Part shown: in pieces, positions 54,672 to 62,917 of the stretch
How positions within the stretch are numbered: the first letter of the stretch is position 1
Layout of the letters: every line of letters starts with the position of its first letter
NCBI GenBank assembly: GCA_012517765.1
Contig: JAAYUI010000012.1
Coordinates: 17,180-81,179 of the forward strand
Direction of reading: 5' to 3'
DNA: 64,000 bases
Origin: Caldisericales bacterium
Lineage (GTDB): Bacteria; Caldisericota; Caldisericia; JAAYUI01
Program-made: the position numbers and the translations under genes
Notes under the pieces: generated by a model
What the model was told of the DNA's origin: nothing
What the model saw: the letters and a program-made list of their open reading frames with translations, nothing else
Databases searched by the model: none

Positions 54672-54750
54672 AGGTGCCTTCCTTTTCTAGCAAAAAACTT
54701 CAAAAATTATAGCTTTTTGCCAACAAATTTCAACATTTCCGACATGACCC

Positions 54751-55602
54751 TCAATAGGGGCATGTCGTGACCTGGTACGGAACATCAAGCTTGATCACCG
54801 CAGGGAGCTGGCCGCTGCCTCCAATGGATTTCAGGTAGTGAACAAGTGCCCCAAACCTCGCGTCCATAAACTCGTCTGCCAAGCCAAATACAACAAGGGT
54901 ACCCTGGGAGGTTTCAGCATAAAAACCCTGCATGTTTTCCAAATACACCCTCTTGTATTTTTCGCCAAACATTGCCTTTGCTGTCCCATCGGGGTGACCA
55001 ACCGGAGCAAGAAACACTCCACCCCTGGACCCGGAAGATGAAACATACTCGGAATTGTTATAGAACAAGGTTTTTATTTTTACAGGCAACAATTTTTTGT
55101 ATTTGAGCACTTTTGCGATAACAGGTGCCATTTTATCATTGTAGAAACTTGCATCAAGCATCCCGAAACCACCTGGTTGCAGGTATGCCACTTCCATCTC
55201 GACGGGTGCATCCTCGGAAACTCTTATGGAATCAACTATTCTTCCCTCTACATCAACAGCCACCTTGCCTGCATTCATCTTCAAATTGTAGGTCTCTTTT
55301 TTTTCCTTGACCGTTACTGTGGCAGAGAAGAAAAAATGCCTCTTTATGACCACATCCTCGAGCAATGGCCCGAAGGTGTCTTTTGCGTCATCAAATATCG
55401 AGTTTGTGGTTGGAACAAGCCCCATTACAAGCTTGGTTTCCAGGTAATCTACTATCTTTGGAACAGATATTCTTTCGGTTTTATCTATATTGATTCTCGA
55501 AATCGGCACCAATGGAGGAAAAAATGACAGGAAAATCATTATCACTAATAAAATCCCAGCAGCCAAGAAAACAACTCTAATAGCCTTCGGGACCGGTTTC
55601 AT
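54751..55602 (-). CDS. FtsQ/DivIB-like bitopic division protein (tentative)
   Basis: 283 aa. A single N-terminal TM helix (VVFLAAGILLVIMIFLSFF) is followed by a POTRA-like RINIDKTERISVPKIVDYL. It sits immediately upstream of ftsZ. The call rests on position and topology only. Confidence 0.5.
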   Translation of the reverse strand: MKPVPKAIRVVFLAAGILLVIMIFLSFFPPLVPISRINIDKTERISVPKIVDYLETKLVMGLVPTTNSIFDDAKDTFGPLLEDVVIKRHFFFSATVTVKEKKETYNLKMNAGKVAVDVEGRIVDSIRVSEDAPVEMEVAYLQPGGFGMLDASFYNDKMAPVIAKVLKYKKLLPVKIKTLFYNNSEYVSSSGSRGGVFLAPVGHPDGTAKAMFGEKYKRVYLENMQGFYAETSQGTLVVFGLADEFMDARFGALVHYLKSIGGSGQLPAVIKLDVPYQVTTCPY

Positions 55603-55610
55603 GGTTCCTT

Positions 55611-55638
55611 AATATACACAATTCATTCCATTTGTCAA
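55611..55638 (-). promoter_or_regulatory. Sigma70-like promoter very close to the ftsQ-like start
   Basis: The minus strand reads TTGACA-N16-TATATT, ending 8 nt before the ATG (TATATTAAGGAACCATG). This implies a very short or absent leader. Confidence 0.3.
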
Positions 55639-55909
55639 TTAGTCTGACTTCGGATGGGCTTGACTTTTTAGGAGCAAGTCATTCAAACATCGTGGGGAAG
55701 GACAAAAAAACGACATGATAAAATACTGTATAAATCAATATTAAGTCAACACAATGGAAAAGAAATTGACTGGCCCGATGTCACTGTTTTGACAACAGTC
55801 CCTCAAAAAACAATGAGTTCATTGAAAATAAAAACGCCGGTATAGCCTATATTTTATTGGCAAGCCGGCATTTTCTTGCAAGCATGAACACAAAATGTTA
55901 GCTTTTTGG

Positions 55910-57445
55910 TTACATTTGCTTTATTTTTTCGAGTACAAGCCTGTGGATTTCATCGCACTGCGGGATCGCTTCTTTTTCAATACCATCAGCTTCTGCCATC
56001 ATTTTTAATGCCATTCCCCTATCCTCAAGGGATGGTAGGTTGATCATTACATTCATGTGTGCACCATAAATTGCAGTTTTGATCGACAAAGCGGCAACAC
56101 CGGCATCGGAAATAGAATTTGGGTTTCCCTTCTGTGCAACTGTTCTAATAAGTGGTATTGTCATGGCAGCAGTCCTCATAGTGTTGAGAGGAACGAGGCT
56201 CGCTTTTGCAATTGCTTCCTGCATTTTTTTCTGTCTGAAAGCGTCCGATTCGGGAGTCCCAGACGGAAGCTTCCTGCATGCAAGCATTTCGTTGAATGCA
56301 TCTGAATCTTCCTGGATGAGCAACAGGAGTTTTTCAGTTATCTCGTCTGCTTTTACTGCAATTTGTTCCATCTCTTCTTTTACTTCGGCATACTTTTTGC
56401 CCTGCGACAGCTTGGCGATCATTGCAGAAAGCCCGGCACCAAGCGCACCGGCTGAAGCGGCAACAGAGCCACCGCCCGGGGCTGGTGATTTACTTGCAAC
56501 TTCCCTGATAAAATTCTTTGGTATCCAGGAAACCTCCCCAGAATCCGAAGCGCCGACCCTGAGGTCAATTATCTGCGCCTTCTTGAAGTCCCATACGTTC
56601 ATATATGAAACACCAACATCAACAAGTGCGTCAAGCGGCAGGAGACCAACTATTTCGGCACCTATCGGGAGAACACCCAGCCTCTCGGCTTCTCTTTTGA
56701 CAAACTCGTAGGCGGTCCTTATCGAGGTCTTCTTGTAGTTTGTAAGGTTCATCGAAACCTGGACAAAACCTCTCTCCCTGATCGAGAAACCAAGGGCTTT
56801 GACAAACCTTAGCCCGCCGCTCCTGAACCTGATGAGCTTTGCAATCTCTTTTGCCACTTCGATATTCTGGGAACCAAGGTTTACATTGAAGGCAACAAGT
56901 GGCATCCTGGCTCCAACAACAACCGCTCCGGCTGTCGGGTGCATTACAGGTTCGCCTATGTCAGGGTTTCTTTCAGGCTTCTCGCCCATTTCCTTCTTAA
57001 TGCCTTCATACTCGCCCTGCCTGATGTTTGACAGGTCCTGACGCTCAGGAGTTCTTGCGGCATCTTCGTAGAGGTAGACCGGAATCTTCAGTTCTTTCCA
57101 TATTTTCTCGCCAAGCGATACCGCCAGTTTGACTGCCTCTTCGGTGGTGACTTCGGAAATTGGGACAAATGGGATAACATCCGTTGCGCCAAGGCGCGGG
57201 TGTTCGCCCTTGTGTGTGTTCATGTCAATCAGCTCTGATGCGACCTTGCACATCCCGAATGCTGCGTCGGCGGCCGCCTCCGGCTCCCCGACGAATGTCA
57301 CGACACACCTGTTGTGATCAGCATCCATCTGCACATCAAGCAGTTTTACGTTCGGGGTGTCCTTTGCAACTTGAGCAATTCTGTCTACTACATCTTTTCT
57401 TCTGCCTTCAGAGAAGTTTGGTACGCATTCAACTAGTCTGGCCAT
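55910..57445 (-). CDS. ftcD: Bifunctional glutamate formimidoyltransferase / formimidoyltetrahydrofolate cyclodeaminase
   Basis: 511 aa. MARLVECVPNFSEGR is the canonical FT-domain N-terminus. The C-terminal cyclodeaminase domain shows SPAPGGGSVAASAGALGAGL. Confidence 0.93.
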   Translation of the reverse strand: MARLVECVPNFSEGRRKDVVDRIAQVAKDTPNVKLLDVQMDADHNRCVVTFVGEPEAAADAAFGMCKVASELIDMNTHKGEHPRLGATDVIPFVPISEVTTEEAVKLAVSLGEKIWKELKIPVYLYEDAARTPERQDLSNIRQGEYEGIKKEMGEKPERNPDIGEPVMHPTAGAVVVGARMPLVAFNVNLGSQNIEVAKEIAKLIRFRSGGLRFVKALGFSIRERGFVQVSMNLTNYKKTSIRTAYEFVKREAERLGVLPIGAEIVGLLPLDALVDVGVSYMNVWDFKKAQIIDLRVGASDSGEVSWIPKNFIREVASKSPAPGGGSVAASAGALGAGLSAMIAKLSQGKKYAEVKEEMEQIAVKADEITEKLLLLIQEDSDAFNEMLACRKLPSGTPESDAFRQKKMQEAIAKASLVPLNTMRTAAMTIPLIRTVAQKGNPNSISDAGVAALSIKTAIYGAHMNVMINLPSLEDRGMALKMMAEADGIEKEAIPQCDEIHRLVLEKIKQM

Positions 57446-58659
57446 GATGCCTCCTTGCCTTTGATGAATGTCATTTTTGCGTGGTTCACGCCAAGTTCAT
57501 AGGGTATCATTCTGTAAGATTCAACATCATAAATGACAAAATCAGCTCTCTTGCCTTTTTTTATAGAGCCAACCCTGTCGTGTGACCTGATGGAATACGC
57601 AGCATTGATTGTGGCAGCAGATATTGCCTGTGCTGGCGTCATGCCCAGCTTCAAACATGCCAGCCCGATAACAAACGGCATTGACTGGATCGTGCAGGAA
57701 CCTGGGTTCCTGTCAGAAGCAATGGCAACAACACAGCCCAATTCAATAGCTTTTTTGGCTCTGGCAAAGGGTTTGCCCAAAAAGAAAGACGTTCCAGGAA
57801 GGAAAGTTGCAACAGTTCCTGATCTGGCCATGTCCTCAAAACCTTTGTTAGAAGCGCCGATCAGATGGTCCGCAGAAACAGCACCTAGTTTTGCGGCAAG
57901 GGAAGCACCACCAGTGTCAGCAAGTTCATCTGCATGGAGCCTTACCGGCAAGCCTGAATCTTTTACAATCTCCTCTGTTTCCTCATTTGTAAATGCCCCC
58001 TTATCGCAGAACACGTCGATAAAATCAGAATAGGGTTTGCATACATAGAGCATTTCCCCTTTTACGAGGGAAACAAAATCATTCCTGTCAATATCTTTGG
58101 GTATGGCATGGGCGCCCATGAAAGTCGTTTTGGCCTCGACACCAAAATCATGGATGAGTTTTTTTGCAACCATGAGCATTTTCATCTCTACATTGGCCTC
58201 AAGCCCGTAACCTGACTTCATCTCAAAAGCCGTCGTTCCGGTTTTGATCATTGTCTTCAGGCGCTTTGCCGACTGGGTATAAAGCTCTTCATAAGAGGCC
58301 AATCTAGTGGCGTTGACAGTATTGAGTATGCCACCCCCATTTGCCATTATCTCCTCGTAGGTCGCGCCCTGGAGCCTCATTTCGAACTCGGCCGACCTGT
58401 CACCGGCAAAAATAATGTGGGTATGAGAATCCACAAAACCAGGCAGAACACAACACCCACTGGCGTCAATAATGGTTTCCGATTCGTAATTTGAAACGAT
58501 TTCACTCTCTGTTCCAACAGCAACGAAAAGGCCATCCTTGACAGCAAAGGAACCGTTTTTAATGATTGCCAGGTCATTCATCTGGTTACCCTTTCGGGGG
58601 CACGGGCCAGCCAGGGTCACAAGTTCAGAGCAGTTGCGAAGTATTAGATCGGCCTTCAT
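57433..58659 (-). CDS. hutI: Imidazolonepropionase
   Basis: 408 aa. Amidohydrolase motifs: GFVDSHTHIIFAGDR, GGGILNTV, HADEL, ASDRNPG. It overlaps the ftcD start by 13 nt. Confidence 0.95.
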   Translation of the reverse strand: MKADLILRNCSELVTLAGPCPRKGNQMNDLAIIKNGSFAVKDGLFVAVGTESEIVSNYESETIIDASGCCVLPGFVDSHTHIIFAGDRSAEFEMRLQGATYEEIMANGGGILNTVNATRLASYEELYTQSAKRLKTMIKTGTTAFEMKSGYGLEANVEMKMLMVAKKLIHDFGVEAKTTFMGAHAIPKDIDRNDFVSLVKGEMLYVCKPYSDFIDVFCDKGAFTNEETEEIVKDSGLPVRLHADELADTGGASLAAKLGAVSADHLIGASNKGFEDMARSGTVATFLPGTSFFLGKPFARAKKAIELGCVVAIASDRNPGSCTIQSMPFVIGLACLKLGMTPAQAISAATINAAYSIRSHDRVGSIKKGKRADFVIYDVESYRMIPYELGVNHAKMTFIKGKEASWPD

Positions 58660-59297
58660 GGTGTTTTTATTGAAAGAATCATTTTTTCTATTGCTTTTTT
58701 CTCTTCATCCCCAGAGTAAGACCCGTTGAAGAAGATTATTGCACCCTTTGACTTTACGGTGGCCAGAGGCCAGCCCTTCTCAAAAGTGTATGACCCTTCC
58801 TCTTTTGCTCCCGGAATCTTTTCACCTTTCTGGAAGATTTCTTCGGTCATATACTTCTTTGGATCTTTAACGCCACCAATATAACCAAAAAACTTGTCAT
58901 AGTGGTTTTTGTCTCCAACCCATTCTTTCAAAAAAACCGCACAGGTGAGGACATTACCAGTAAAATTCTTCATTTGGTCATCCATATTCTGACCTTTGGG
59001 ATAGAAAACGAAGGAATAGTTTGCATGACCAAGCGAGCTGTCAAATTTGACAACATCAGCGCCTTTATAATATATCCAGTCTTCCGGCAGTTCCATTTCG
59101 AAAAGGCCATTTGGGTCTCCAAACAGATTGTCTCTTTTGGGGGTGGATCTCGCTAGAAAGAAAATTACCGTACCCACCACAACAAGGACAACGAGCACGA
59201 GAAGACCATAAAGCAAGTTTTTTTTAATTTTTTTCTGCTTGCCCGCTGTCCCACCACCACGGGACTTTATTTTTGATAAACGGCTTTTGTTTGACAT
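58656..59297 (-). CDS. Membrane-anchored hypothetical protein (distant paralog of the 40353-41373 lipoproteins)
   Basis: 213 aa. A K/R-rich N-terminus is followed by the TM helix LLYGLLVLVVLVVVGTVIFFL. NGLFEMELPEDW resembles KGPFFEMKIPKGM. ATGA overlap with hutI. Confidence 0.65.
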   Translation of the reverse strand: MSNKSRLSKIKSRGGGTAGKQKKIKKNLLYGLLVLVVLVVVGTVIFFLARSTPKRDNLFGDPNGLFEMELPEDWIYYKGADVVKFDSSLGHANYSFVFYPKGQNMDDQMKNFTGNVLTCAVFLKEWVGDKNHYDKFFGYIGGVKDPKKYMTEEIFQKGEKIPGAKEEGSYTFEKGWPLATVKSKGAIIFFNGSYSGDEEKKAIEKMILSIKTP

Positions 59298-59302
59298 TAT
59301 AT

Positions 59303-60745
59303 TTACCCCTTCACAACACCAAGCGGTCTCATTTTTGCAATTTTTCTGGCAATTCCTGCACCATCCAGAACATCAACCACCATTGCAACATCTTTGTATG
59401 CACCAGGGGCCTCTTCGCTGACAGTTTCGGAGTTTGCGGCTTTAAGGTATGTCCCATTCTGCCTCAGTTTCTCGATGACCTGCCCGGGTCTGTAATTTTT
59501 GATCGCCTGTGTCCTAGAAAGGACCCTTCCCGCACCATGACAGCAAGATGCAAAAACCTCTTCAGCGCCTTTCTTGGTGCCAACCATGACAAAAGAGTAT
59601 CGCCCCATGTCACCTGGAACCAGGACCGGATGGCCGGTTTCTCTATATGCCTCGGGAAGCCCAGGAAACCCTGCTGGAAAAGCCCTTGTGGCGCCCTTGC
59701 GATGGACAACCATTTTTCTACCAACGTGCATTTCCCTCTTCGCAATATTATGGGCAATGTCATAGACAATCCCCAAACCGAGTTTCTCCTGACTCATCCC
59801 AAGAGACCTCTCAAAACTTTCCCTGACCCAGTGGGTTATCATCTGCCTGTTCGCCCAGGCATAATTTGCTGATGCGGCCATGGCACCAAAATAGCGCTGG
59901 CCTTCGGGAGACATGAACGGTGCACATGCAAGTTGCCTGTCTGGAAGCTCGATGCCATACATTTTTGCAGCATTTTGCATGACATCTATGTAGTCAGTTG
60001 CGACCTGGTGCCCGAGGCCCCTCGACCCAGTGTGTATTAATACGACCATCTGGCCGACAAAAAGCCCAAATGTTCCTGCTGTTTTTTCGTCATAAATCTC
60101 GGTGACTTCCTGAATCTCCAGAAAATGGTTGCCTGCACCCAGAGTTCCGAGTTGTGGTGCACCCCTCTTTATTGCCTCTTTTGAAACAGCATCAGGGTTT
60201 GCACCAGTCATTTGCCCATAATCTTCAATGAATTGCAGGTCCTCCTGGTAGCCATAACCTTTTTTGACCGCCCAGGCAGAACCTTCAACCAGTACTTTCT
60301 GAAGCTCCTGGCGTTCCAGTCTTATTTTTCCCTCAGAGCCCACACCAGACGGGACGTTGTCATAAATCGAGCCAATTATTTTCTCGACGTGTTTTACGAC
60401 ATCGTGGGCCACCAGGTTGGAACGAAGGAGCCTGACACCGCAGTTTATATCGTATCCAACACCACCAGGGGAGATGATTCCGTCTTTTTCATCAAACGCA
60501 GCCACGCCACCAATCGGGAAACCATAACCCCAATGGATGTCTGGCATTGCGAATGACGCTTTAATAATGCCGGGCAAAGAAGCAACATTGACAACCTGCT
60601 CTGGGGCATTGTCTGCAAAAAGGCCCTGTTCCATTGGGACAGAACAAAAGATAATCCCCGGCACCCTCATAAAAGCTTTGTGAGTGACGGGGATTTCAAG
60701 CCGACTTTGGTCCAGCCTGTTTGTTTTTCCTTGCCAAACAGCCAT
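59303..60745 (-). CDS. rtcB: RNA-splicing ligase RtcB
   Basis: 480 aa. DIHWGYGFPIGG, GYDINCGVR, GAGNHFLE, HTGSRGLGHQ, and C-terminal GVVKG. Confidence 0.96.
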   Translation of the reverse strand: MAVWQGKTNRLDQSRLEIPVTHKAFMRVPGIIFCSVPMEQGLFADNAPEQVVNVASLPGIIKASFAMPDIHWGYGFPIGGVAAFDEKDGIISPGGVGYDINCGVRLLRSNLVAHDVVKHVEKIIGSIYDNVPSGVGSEGKIRLERQELQKVLVEGSAWAVKKGYGYQEDLQFIEDYGQMTGANPDAVSKEAIKRGAPQLGTLGAGNHFLEIQEVTEIYDEKTAGTFGLFVGQMVVLIHTGSRGLGHQVATDYIDVMQNAAKMYGIELPDRQLACAPFMSPEGQRYFGAMAASANYAWANRQMITHWVRESFERSLGMSQEKLGLGIVYDIAHNIAKREMHVGRKMVVHRKGATRAFPAGFPGLPEAYRETGHPVLVPGDMGRYSFVMVGTKKGAEEVFASCCHGAGRVLSRTQAIKNYRPGQVIEKLRQNGTYLKAANSETVSEEAPGAYKDVAMVVDVLDGAGIARKIAKMRPLGVVKG

Positions 60746-60747
60746 TG

Positions 60748-61122
60748 CTACTGCTGTTTTGCCAGTATCTTAAGGTTTGTTTTTGACCTGCCAGAGAAGG
60801 TGACATTTTCCTCAATCCTGAAACGGGACGTTTCGAGATTGACGTCACCCAGCAGTTTTGAACCCTCGAGGAGCTCAATGACATCCGTGCAGAAGAGGTT
60901 GCCCTCTATGGTGCCAAGGTTGGTCACGGATTTCATTCTGATGTCACCCTTGATATGGGCAGTACGGCCAACAATGAGATGGCCTTCACCCTCAACATTG
61001 CCCTCAAGTGTGCCATCTATTCTTAGAATGCCATTGCAATAAATTGTGCCTGTGATCTTCAGCGTTGAGGATATATAGGACTCAGAACGGTCCCTCACCT
61101 CTGATGTTGGTTTTCCAAACAT
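60748..61122 (-). CDS. Bactofilin (polymer-forming cytoskeletal protein)
   Basis: 124 aa from ATG 61122 (MFGKPTSE, a typical bactofilin N-terminus). Beta-helix repeats: ITGTIYCNGILRIDGTLEGNVEGEGHLIVGRTAHIKGDIRMKSVTNLGTIEGNLFCTDVIELLEGSKLLGDV. The track start at 61197 would overlap the M23 gene by 61 nt. Confidence 0.88.
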   Translation of the reverse strand: MFGKPTSEVRDRSESYISSTLKITGTIYCNGILRIDGTLEGNVEGEGHLIVGRTAHIKGDIRMKSVTNLGTIEGNLFCTDVIELLEGSKLLGDVNLETSRFRIEENVTFSGRSKTNLKILAKQQ

Positions 61123-61136
61123 ATTTTTTGTGACTC

Positions 61137-62069
61137 CTAGAACGGGAACTTCATCGGATCTACCGATTTGTCGTTGATTCTTATTTCGTAATGGCAATGT
61201 GGTATGTCGGAATTACCGGTTGAACCTGTCAACGCAATGACCTGACCAACTTTTATGCCATCACCCTTCTTGATCAGTATTTTATCGCAATGACCGTAGC
61301 GGGTAACAATGCCATCGCGGTGGAGAATATCAACACAGAGACCATAGCCAGAGAACCATTCAGCTCTTATTACAGTTCCAGAGGCGGTAGCATGAAGTGG
61401 TGTTCCAAGCGGGGCAACGATGTCTATTCCCTCATGGAAGGTACCAGTCCACTCTCTCCAGCCAAAAAAAGAGGTCAGTCTTCCCTGAAGCGGCCATCCA
61501 GTTGGTGTACGATCCCTTAGGTCCTTGTACTCCTGGGCGTAAGCATTCATTACGGAAAGCGCCCTTGTTCTCTCGTCGCTTTCTTTGATTATACGTTCCG
61601 ATGTTTTCTGCAGATTGTCGTAGGCAACGGGCAAATAGGCGGCCGGTTTCGGGACAGACTCCTGCTTGAGGCTGTTTTCTGCAATCACCTGTTCGAGGCT
61701 GTTGTCCGGGGTTATTATTGCAACGGAAGCCTTTACTTCTTTGTTGAGATTTGAAAGGTAATTGAGGTATTCTTCGACGACTGCAAACTTGTTCTGGATG
61801 TTGTTGAGCCTGTTTGAGTAGTCGTAAAGCATTTCCCTCTGGAGATCAACCAGTCTGCGGCTTGAACCCTGACGCAACGTTTCTATGTTGGCCTGCATCT
61901 GGTTGTACCTGAATACAAGCTGGCCCAGCATGGTGGAGGCCATGACAACAACCACCAGCAAGGCATAAAGGGCCGCAAACGGCAATCTAATTATCCTGAC
62001 TGGTGAGTCATAGTGTGGCATGAACATCATGGTGAGAGAGTTTGTTTTTGTTTTGTGCCTTAAAAGCAT
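61137..62069 (-). CDS. M23 (LytM-type) metallopeptidase with TM anchor and coiled-coil region
   Basis: 310 aa. Anchor: LPFAALYALLVVVVMAS. Catalytic motifs: HEGIDIVAPLGTPLHA, GYGLCVDILH, GSTGNSDIPHCHYEI. SD GGAGGTG upstream. Confidence 0.9.
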   Translation of the reverse strand: MLLRHKTKTNSLTMMFMPHYDSPVRIIRLPFAALYALLVVVVMASTMLGQLVFRYNQMQANIETLRQGSSRRLVDLQREMLYDYSNRLNNIQNKFAVVEEYLNYLSNLNKEVKASVAIITPDNSLEQVIAENSLKQESVPKPAAYLPVAYDNLQKTSERIIKESDERTRALSVMNAYAQEYKDLRDRTPTGWPLQGRLTSFFGWREWTGTFHEGIDIVAPLGTPLHATASGTVIRAEWFSGYGLCVDILHRDGIVTRYGHCDKILIKKGDGIKVGQVIALTGSTGNSDIPHCHYEIRINDKSVDPMKFPF

Positions 62070-62100
62070 TTAACACCTCCGAGGGTTCTGGCGCCTGGGG

Positions 62101-62130
62101 TCAATAAATCGACGCTTAATAAATCAACGC
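62101..62130. repeat. Tandem 15-nt direct repeat in the intergenic spacer upstream of the M23 gene
   Basis: TCAATAAATCGACGC (62101-62115) is directly followed by TTAATAAATCAACGC (62116-62130). They match at 13 of 15 positions. The pair lies 32-68 nt upstream of ATG 62069 on the opposite strand. Confidence 0.5.
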
Positions 62131-62169
62131 CCGTGGCACCTCGCTTTGGGGTCTCTACTACAAAAAATA

Positions 62170-62841
62170 TCACTTGGGTCCTGCCCTTGCAATCATAGCT
62201 CCAAACTTTGCATAAAGATCTATCGGGTCGACAGGCCTGTCTTTTAGCATGGTTTCAAAGTGAAGGTGTGGTCCTGTTGAAACTCCAGTTGAACCAGTCA
62301 GGCCCACAACGTGCCCTTTTGAAACAATATCACCTTTTGAAACAAGCACCTCGCTCATATTTGCATACCTGGCAACATAATCTTCATCGCGATATCTAAA
62401 ACCCAGATCAACACAAAGACCATACCCACCATACCATCCAGCCCTTATTATTTTGCCATCATACACAGCAAATGCTTTTTCCCCAAGTTTCGCCTCTATA
62501 TCAATCCCGGTGTGGTAATCAAATGATCCAAAAATTGGGTGGATCCTGTAGCCAAATGCAGGATCATGGCTCCTGCTTGTGAAATCCCTAATAGGATAGA
62601 TTGGAAAATCTGTGGCCATTTCGACTATCTGGCGTGTCAAAAACACCATGGCTGTGGATTTTGTTGTGGTGGCCTGTTTTCTTACAACACCCTCAATTTC
62701 AGCCAGTCTTTTTTCAGCGGCCATCCTGTTTGTGATTACCAGAGCTGTCGTCAAAGAACCAATTAGGACAAAGGATATTGAAATAACCAGAATTTTAAAA
62801 CCAAGGTCCCTTTTTGTGTTGTTCTTCCCGCCCATCAGCAT
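62170..62841 (-). CDS. M23 (LytM-type) metallopeptidase
   Basis: 223 aa. TM anchor ILVISISFVLIGSLTTALVI. DPAFGYRIHPIFGSFDYHTGIDIEAKLGEKAFA, GYGLCVDL, GSTGVSTGPHLHFE. SD AAGGAGG upstream. Confidence 0.9.
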   Translation of the reverse strand: MLMGGKNNTKRDLGFKILVISISFVLIGSLTTALVITNRMAAEKRLAEIEGVVRKQATTTKSTAMVFLTRQIVEMATDFPIYPIRDFTSRSHDPAFGYRIHPIFGSFDYHTGIDIEAKLGEKAFAVYDGKIIRAGWYGGYGLCVDLGFRYRDEDYVARYANMSEVLVSKGDIVSKGHVVGLTGSTGVSTGPHLHFETMLKDRPVDPIDLYAKFGAMIARAGPK

Positions 62842-62917
62842 TCAACCCTCCTTTTTCTCCATTGAAAAAACTTTCCACAGAAGACTCTTTTTTGTGCTCT
62901 ATTTGTCCAGGACACCA

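Noticed and set aside
53404-54690. A 428-aa plus-strand ORF, the longest unexplained ORF in the track.
   Set aside because: It lies exactly antisense to ftsZ and the 5' part of yggS, both of which have unmistakable motifs. Its translation is low-complexity (S/A/P/V-rich) with no motifs. This is a classic shadow ORF of a Gly/Ala-rich gene.
55825-55869. A possible terminator hairpin downstream of ftcD.
   Set aside because: Only a 5-bp GCCGG/CCGGC stem with a loop of about 24 nt (plus a 3-bp inner helix) precedes the T-rich run. That is too weak to call.
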